In this document: positions 57,509 through 64,000 of the stretch, piece after piece
Layout of the letters: each line of letters begins with the position of its first letter
Numbering within the stretch: the stretch's first letter is position 1
Assembly (NCBI GenBank): GCA_024704765.1
Contig: JAKMXF010000144.1
Coordinates: forward strand, 248,001 to 312,000
Source of the DNA: Oopsacas minuta
Lineage: Eukaryota > Animalia > Porifera
Direction: 5' to 3'
DNA: 64,000 nt
Notes under the pieces: model-generated
Databases searched by the model: none
What the model was told of the DNA's origin: nothing
Seen by the model: only the letters and a program-made list of their open reading frames with translations
Translations under genes and position numbers: made by a program

Positions 57509-59319
57509 TTATAAAGAATTTCGTTGCCTTAGAAAACTAAATTCGCGTGCCGCATCATCTTTAGACAGCTGTAGCTCACTATTCGGCTCCAGATCATCAT
57601 CACGCACGAGCTTAGGAATAGGTTGAAGAATATGTCTTTCTGGTATAACTTGAATAGATTCTAATAAAAGAGGAGAATCAGTGTGTTTTGAGTGTTTGTC
57701 ACTATGAATGTTTAACTCGGAAATAGTCTTACATCTCACAGAACATATCTGACACACATAACTACCATCAGCAGTATGTAAAGAATCAAGATAGATTGAT
57801 TTCTCTTCAGATCTATGTTTCCTAACAGAACTACAAGAATCACATAACCTCAGCTTAGGGTGTCTAGCCATATGCAGATTTAATTCACACCCTGTATTGA
57901 AGGTTAGCTTACAATATATACATCTGACTTCACTCTCAATTACGTGATTCTCCAACTCCATCATATTAGAATATTTACAATAGCAGTGTCGACATTTCAA
58001 CTGTTTTCTAATTACAGGAATATCCTCATGACAGTCATAACATTTAATAGGACGCTCTATTGACTGTTGAATAACCTTATCGAAGCTTACTTTGAATTTG
58101 GTAGAAGGCCTTACTTCTATACCTAAAGATGGGCAGTAGAAAAATACAAAAATATTTAAGAACAGTGACGGTATCGGTTATAAGAACACATGCCACTCCC
58201 AAGGGTGTTCTTATAAGCGATAACCACTGTAGAATAATTACAATCAGATTGTTCAGTGTGTGAATTCTCAGGTCTCACTCCCAGACGAGATTTCAGAGAC
58301 CTCTTCTCTCCAACTGAACCAGTGTACACTTCACAAGGCTGATTAATATCTGTATCAGGAGTATTATTATCTGATGAAGGGAAGGCCTCCTCAGGTCTAA
58401 CATACAAATCCACCACATCTTCTACACTATCAGCGGTATTCCTATGTTCAATAATTGAAGTAATAATGTGACGTAATTAATATAATACAGTAAACTCCCA
58501 TTATAACAAATTGCATCTCTATCCCCTATAGCTAGAAAGAAATCAGCTTATAGCGAAACGAAACCGGGGTCATAAACACTCTGTTATAACTAGAGTTTAC
58601 TGTTAAAATTACTTTAACTGTGGTGAACCAGAGCTGCTGCTGGTGATGGAACTATAACTCGAAGAATCTTCATTCTCAGAAGTAACGGGACTTCCAGGAC
58701 TCTGGTTGAATTCAATCGGTGGTGTTATATAATCGATAACATCTTCAATTGGCTGTTCTGTGTGTGTAGGTGACAGATATACTATATTATCATCATTAAG
58801 ACCTATAGGGCTATATGAAATATTGCCTGAGTCTTCTTCTGAAGATATCACAATTTTGGTTTTCTTATGAGCACTCTCATCAGCTGTCTTCTGTCTCTTT
58901 CTTTTAATAGTTATACGTTTGAAAGTTTTAGTTTTTGGAGGAATTTTAATTCCAAGTGCTGTCTGTGAATTATTTGATGTACTATCTGAATCTAAGTGCA
59001 GAGTAAAATCAGAGGGTTGAGAATCTGAATCTCCGTTGACAGAGAGGGGAACTATAGGTCCAATATTGTCCGCATTACATGTCAAATTATCTTGGAAATC
59101 AGCTGGGGGAGTAATTATTGTATAATTTTCTAAATCTAAGATTTGATCTGAGGAACTTTGAGAAGAAGATTGTGTTAAACAAATCAATTTCTCTTGAATC
59201 TCATACAAAACTGATTTGCATTCGTTAGACAAAAACTCTTTATTCAATCTAACAAGGAGAAATTCTTCTGCTTCAGGAATGTGATGACGGAATGATGACA
59301 GGAAATCCTTATCACTCAT
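57509..59319 (-). CDS. Orphan multi-exon protein with a Ser/Asp-rich N-terminus and C-terminal C2H2 zinc fingers
   Basis: The 58613|58441 junction is phase-compatible. CIYC..H..H and CQIC..H..H fingers lie in 57509-58000. The link between the middle and last exons is uncertain. Confidence 0.6.
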
Positions 59320-59356
59320 TAAAGATTAAATGAATTCTAGTATACCAAAATACAAC

Positions 59357-59500
59357 TACAGTAACCTCCTGTTATAACCAGGTTAGATATAACGAAACTC
59401 TCCCCTCATGTAGCTTGAAAGTAATATAGTCTATTCCTCTTACAACGAAAAGTAATGAAATCGGCGTCTCGATCACTTCATTTTAACAAAATTTTACCGT
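59357..59500. mobile_element. Probable second Tigger-like MITE remnant
   Basis: Begins TA-cagtaacctcctgttataacc, a Tigger/pogo-like terminus, and a degenerate ttttaccgTA end lies ~140 nt downstream. Confidence 0.35.
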
Positions 59501-59821
59501 ATTGAGTTGCTTGGGGCTATATTATTATTTCTATCCGTAAACGGTGTACAGCCAATACTATAATAAATCAAGAGCTGAAACTTTGAAGGACAAGGACAAT
59601 TACCCTAGGGTGTGCAGTGAGGGTTCCTGATCTGACACACTATGCCACTATTAACACCTGTTATAACTGCATAATTATACAATTTAATGGGGACACATAT
59701 AATAGCAAAGATAGGACTACACATGTACACAAAAGAACACAGAATACCCCCAACCTATACAATTAATTCAGTGTGTAGTAGCGTAAGAATTTGTTTACAT
59801 TATAATACACTCTGTCACTGT

Positions 59822-60427
59822 CTAACAACAATTGGCTTTCTTTCCTTTTGGTACAGACTTCCTCAGCTTGATACCCTCAGGCTGTGTGTCTATTTTTGAT
59901 GATTTTTCTTTTTTGGTTTGCAGGACTTTCTTGGTTATGAAGTCAAACACTTCTTCGATGTTTTTGTTCTCCTTAGCGGATGTTTCGAATAGAGTCATGC
60001 TTTGGGAGTCAGCGAGCCGCTGGGCTTCAGTGAGGGTTACCACTTTCTTGTCAGGAGTGTCATCCTTGTTACCGACCAAAACTTTATCTACGTAATCACA
60101 ATTATTCTCGATCTCTGTAATCCAGCGTTTCACATTATTGAAGCTGTCTGCATTCGTGACGTCATAAACAATTATCACTCCGTGTGTCCCTCTGTAGTAA
60201 GTAGCCGTTATTGTCCTGAACCTCTCCTGCCCAGCTGTATCCCAAATCTGCAACTTAATTTTCTCCCCGTTCATTTCCATTGTCCGTATCTTGAAGTCTA
60301 CCCCGATTGTCGTGATGTACGTCCCGGAGAATAAGTTATCAGCGAATCTCAACAAGATACTACTCTTCCCGACGCTGGTGTCCCCAATTATTAGGAGTTT
60401 AAATAAATGGTCGTATTCCCTAGCCAT
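59822..60427 (-). CDS. RAB35: Small GTPase Rab35, intronless
   Basis: MAREYDHLFKLLIIGD..LLRFADNLFSGTYITTIGVDF..TITATYYRGTHGV; C-terminal CC. Confidence 0.93.
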   Translation of the reverse strand: MAREYDHLFKLLIIGDTSVGKSSILLRFADNLFSGTYITTIGVDFKIRTMEMNGEKIKLQIWDTAGQERFRTITATYYRGTHGVIIVYDVTNADSFNNVKRWITEIENNCDYVDKVLVGNKDDTPDKKVVTLTEAQRLADSQSMTLFETSAKENKNIEEVFDFITKKVLQTKKEKSSKIDTQPEGIKLRKSVPKGKKANCC

Positions 60428-60920
60428 CTTCTTCCTACAAGCAATTTTTATTCTCAGTAATCTATATCAGTGAAGATAGATCGTATTATATATACCAGTG
60501 TGGATGATGCAAATATTGATACGACAATATTGCCTACGTTTAAAAGCTATAGTTGAGTTATTTGTTATCAGTGCCTATAATATAGCCATTTCTTATAATG
60601 TGTCTCGTGGTTGCTCAAAACTTCCACTAATCAGGGAAAACGTAAATCTATATTAGGTCATATGCTTAAGATTAAGGGAGGGCTGGTTCTTATTATGAAA
60701 TATTTTAGTTTATGACTACTTAAGGACATGATTATGGGGATAGAATGGCAAGTATCTGATTTAGGAGAATATTTGTGCAATCGGATCCAACTGTTCGTAG
60801 CCATATTAGGGGTTCTCATATTTTGGGCTAGTTAGATTAAATAAGATACTATTAATAGTATCATAGTTATTAATTATTAGCTGGAAAAGATAAGAATAGA
60901 ATTGAGTGAATATTGCTAGA

Positions 60921-61517
60921 CTAAGGTGCAGAAAATATGTCCCTTCTGCGTCCGTAAGCTGTCAGCCCCTTCTGACTTGCTCCTGTGACGTAACCGTATT
61001 GAGCTCCTATTATTGTTTTACCAGCGTCCATCTTCTCTTTCGAGAAATCTCTAGGATTATACTCGGACTGTTTGGGGGCATATGTTGGTCCATTGAACCC
61101 ATTTATGTGTGAGAGCCTATCCAGAGCCCTCAGGGTGGACACGACCTGTGAAGGATTGTTGTCCTCGTACAAATCGAGAGTGACAAATAAATCAGTTTTC
61201 TTAATACCATATTGCTCCGCTGCAATCAGAAAGAAGTTTATACATTCCATCTGTTTGAATGGCATGCTACTTTTCTTAACCAGAGGGACACTCCCTGGGT
61301 CTATTATATTCATAAGGTGGCATAATACTGTGCCATCTCGTAGCCACTCAAAGAAATTTTCTTCACATTGCATATGTGTGACTTCCTCCACCCACTGTTT
61401 GACTTTAATCTCAGCCTCTACTGAATATTCCCCTAACATTTTCTTCTGTAATTCAGCATTCATTCCGGATTTAGTAGCTCGGATTTGATTGTAATTCTTA
61501 TACTCTGGTTGAGCCAT
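60921..61517 (-). CDS. Transgelin/calponin/Mp20-like actin-binding protein
   Basis: CH domain (WLRDGTVLCHLMN..PFKQMECINFFL..DLYE) plus one calponin repeat (IGAQYG..GASQKGLTAYG). Confidence 0.9.
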   Translation of the reverse strand: MAQPEYKNYNQIRATKSGMNAELQKKMLGEYSVEAEIKVKQWVEEVTHMQCEENFFEWLRDGTVLCHLMNIIDPGSVPLVKKSSMPFKQMECINFFLIAAEQYGIKKTDLFVTLDLYEDNNPSQVVSTLRALDRLSHINGFNGPTYAPKQSEYNPRDFSKEKMDAGKTIIGAQYGYVTGASQKGLTAYGRRRDIFSAP

Positions 61518-61617
61518 TTGAATTAGTTTCTATTAGTTATCGCGATTAGATTTTTAGTGAGCTGGTGAATAGTTCTAAGACCCCGATAAAGTGATTATCC
61601 TCAGACACAATCTTTCT

Positions 61618-61712
61618 GGAGTAGGGCAATCTGACCTATATTGTTTCAATTTTGAGCATTTAAATGGAATGATAGTTTTGGAGATATGTCATGACAAGTG
61701 GTTGAGCCACAA
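61618..61712 (+). repeat. Dispersed repeat, homologous to 101-196
   Basis: See 101-196. Confidence 0.7.
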
Positions 61713-61869
61713 GTAATCGTGGCAAAAACAGGATTCCTTGGAATGAATTACACAGTTAAAGGGTAATTATTCAATTAATAAATTATCAAAGTAAACAACA
61801 AATATACAAATAACAACAACACAACAACAAACGAATATATAAATTATATAATAATTCTGTATAAATAAT

Positions 61870-62400
61870 TCAATGATACTTCTTTGCTCGAATAATAAAT
61901 TTGACGCACATAAAGACCTCTTCATCCTTGCCACTAATAGCCATCACCCTAGCCCAAATCCCATTTAAACTCTTCCCAAAATACTGATAGGGCCTCAGAG
62001 ATAATTTATAGTAACCCTGATACAGCTGTTTATTTAAAGGACATGACATCTCCATGTCATTTTCAATCACAGAGCAGAGATCCACGTATTTCGAATATCG
62101 AATGAATCCGAAATTAAACGTTACAACGAGTGTAGCTGGGTACACGAGGGTTTTACGTAAAGCTATTTTGTAGTCAATCTTCATATACCGCGTGAAGTCT
62201 AAGGGATACGGGGTAACGTTCAAGTATATGATGTTAGCTGGGTATGTGTAGTTAAACGCACAATCTTGGTATTGAAAAGTCTCATTACGCTCCAGCTGGA
62301 TTCCATCGTTAAGATCTAAATCGAACTCTCCGTAAGAGTTTTTATCAATCGCAAATGAACAGATGCCTGTTACGAATAATATCCACAAAATCAACTTCAT
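61870..62400 (-). CDS. Secreted ML-domain (NPC2/GM2A/MD-2-related) lipid-binding protein
   Basis: Signal peptide MKLILWILFVTGICSFA and ML Cys pattern (YQDC..LNVTPYP..DLC..SCPL..MCVKF). Confidence 0.75.
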   Translation of the reverse strand: MKLILWILFVTGICSFAIDKNSYGEFDLDLNDGIQLERNETFQYQDCAFNYTYPANIIYLNVTPYPLDFTRYMKIDYKIALRKTLVYPATLVVTFNFGFIRYSKYVDLCSVIENDMEMSCPLNKQLYQGYYKLSLRPYQYFGKSLNGIWARVMAISGKDEEVFMCVKFIIRAKKYH

Positions 62401-62607
62401 GATTATCAATAATACAGCCCAAAAGCTGTCGAAATAATTTATATGTAACGAAATGTGACTATACCGTATCATGTGTAGTGACAGCTGATTGTAATATTGT
62501 ATTGCGTATGAGTTAAACTGTGTGTTGTGTCATAATTAGGTAAATTAGATAATAACTCTACAATCGATATCATAACTAATATTCCTTACATTATTAATTA
62601 AAAACTT

Positions 62608-64000
62608 TTATTTGTTCCACTTGAGCTGAAGCTTAGCACTCTTATTGGGTGCTAAGCATAGTCCAGAGGTTGTCACACACTGTACAACCGCGAAAATAGC
62701 AAATTGGTCTTGCTTGCTTTGTTGAATAGTTATGTTTTTGAGGTAGAAATAATTCGTATGAGACTGCCCGATAAAATCCGTGTATTGTCTAGACACATTC
62801 TTGTCGGTTGTCAGGTAAATATTGTAATGAGAAGCTGGATCAGAGGGGGGCAAATTGGGCTGGTCCCATTTGAGGAGGAAAGATACGTTTAAGGTGTTAG
62901 TTTTCGCGTTAGACCAATCAAAATCAGAGGCTTTCAAGTTATTAACAGGGATAGAGAATGAGTTTAAACAGGCTGGATCAATTATCCGTATTTCCCCAAC
63001 TGAGAATGAAAATTTGAACCTATTTCCTATGTCAGGTGGTTGAATAGGTGGCAGGAGATTAAGCCTAACTTCACGGATACTCGCTTTATCGATGTCTTTA
63101 CTGGCTATTAAGAAATACGAAGTACGCCATTGTTCAGGTGTTTTATCTAGAGTCATAGTATCTATTTTATCCATGTACTCTGGGTATAATGGTGCATAAG
63201 CTAGGTGTTGATCCTCTTTCCCTGCTTGTATACCAACATCAACTAGAGGTATGTCAGGGGATCGTCTGAGATGATATTTCTCCACGAGACGCTCATCAAT
63301 CCGATCCAGCTGTTCAGATCCCTCTACACTAGCTGTGGGGTCTAATGTGATATATTTTGGTCCTTTAGGGTTTGATAAATTTAGCTCCAAAAGGTGTCTG
63401 ACGTGTCCCTCGTATTCAGGTTGCTCTCTGAATGTATACGTCACAAGGATAGTTGAGTATATAGGAATCTCAGTCACGAATAAACGAATAATTAATCTAG
63501 AATCAGATCCGATTGCTTCTTTAAATACTTCTCCGTTACAGACGAGATTCTGAGCACCGTTATAAGCTTCACTATTCCCAGTCACGTACAGGTTGTTAAC
63601 TAGGATATTAAGTCCTGATTTACCAGGGTGATAATACTCGTCTAAGAAGTGTGGTTGTAGCTGTTGAGAGCTATGATTAGTCCAGTCTGTATTCAGTACT
63701 CTCCTGCCTTGATGGTAACCTCGTGGCCCAATGCCACGACAGAATGACGTCACGAATTGGCGCGTAACGTAGGGGTGTGGTCGCGTGAACGGTTTCAGTT
63801 TATCCCAGAATAAAGTTTGGTTCTTAATGAAGTTTTCTTTCGGAAGATTCTCATATACCCAGCCTGGAGCGAATATAGCCGCGGACAGCTGATGTTTGCG
63901 GATCATTTTCATAGCGAAGTCACAGTTCCACCCCCCGTCTCCTGGTACACCCCTCCCAAACACGTCTATACCCACGTACACATCCGTGGCTCGGGCACCC
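62608..64000 (-). CDS. ENGASE: Cytosolic endo-beta-N-acetylglucosaminidase (GH85), 5' part outside the window
   Basis: YVGIDVFGRG..IRKHQLSAAIFAPGWVYE..F.TSFCRGIG; Fn3-like C-terminus. Confidence 0.88.
   Translation of the reverse strand, partial: GARATDVYVGIDVFGRGVPGDGGWNCDFAMKMIRKHQLSAAIFAPGWVYENLPKENFIKNQTLFWDKLKPFTRPHPYVTRQFVTSFCRGIGPRGYHQGRRVLNTDWTNHSSQQLQPHFLDEYYHPGKSGLNILVNNLYVTGNSEAYNGAQNLVCNGEVFKEAIGSDSRLIIRLFVTEIPIYSTILVTYTFREQPEYEGHVRHLLELNLSNPKGPKYITLDPTASVEGSEQLDRIDERLVEKYHLRRSPDIPLVDVGIQAGKEDQHLAYAPLYPEYMDKIDTMTLDKTPEQWRTSYFLIASKDIDKASIREVRLNLLPPIQPPDIGNRFKFSFSVGEIRIIDPACLNSFSIPVNNLKASDFDWSNAKTNTLNVSFLLKWDQPNLPPSDPASHYNIYLTTDKNVSRQYTDFIGQSHTNYFYLKNITIQQSKQDQFAIFAVVQCVTTSGLCLAPNKSAKLQLKWNK

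Noticed and set aside
60360-60390. RAB35 P-loop GDTSVGKS instead of GDSGVGKS
   Set aside because: Ser at this position occurs in functional Rabs (e.g. Rab3 GNSSVGKT), and all other motifs are canonical.
1-64000. tRNA, rRNA, snRNA or SL RNA genes; prokaryotic or horizontally acquired genes
   Set aside because: No recognisable tRNA boxes, rRNA or snRNA cores were found by eye, and every identified protein is a typical eukaryotic or animal family. An SL RNA cannot be excluded without knowing the leader sequence.

Overview
Eukaryotic (animal) genomic DNA, AT-rich and very gene-dense: about 28 protein-coding genes in 64 kb, many intronless, the rest mostly with tiny 43-62 nt GT-AG introns. Gene order: 3' end of an unidentified gene; TEX11 (hosting a same-strand ADAP/centaurin-alpha-like gene in intron 2); a large Rab-like GTPase; SPAG8-like; TRIM37; a ClC-1/2-type chloride channel; CTDP1; SGTA; SIVA1; GHITM (hosting antisense MTMR9 in its last intron); two tandem CABIT-coiled-coil-SAM adaptors; an NT-C2/thioredoxin-like/PH protein; ATRX; NDUFA9; MNS1; KAT6; an ankyrin-TRP channel; CLASRP (hosting an antisense FEM1-like ankyrin gene); USP40; a C2H2 zinc-finger gene; RAB35; transgelin-like; an ML-domain protein; and ENGase (5' truncated). 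The compact, intron-poor, nested architecture suggests an early-branching animal such as a glass sponge, but that is inference only. The most striking pattern not explained by the gene list is architectural. There are two long single-strand gene runs with stop-to-start gaps as short as 115-200 nt, and a 3' splice-acceptor-like YAG sits 1-5 nt upstream of 11 of 26 start codons (hand count). That is the signature expected of polycistronic transcription resolved by spliced-leader trans-splicing, although 5'UTR introns are an alternative explanation. Several small non-autonomous DNA-transposon (MITE-like) families are present. I found no tRNA, rRNA or CRISPR array. All gene names come from remembered motif similarity, not from database searches.
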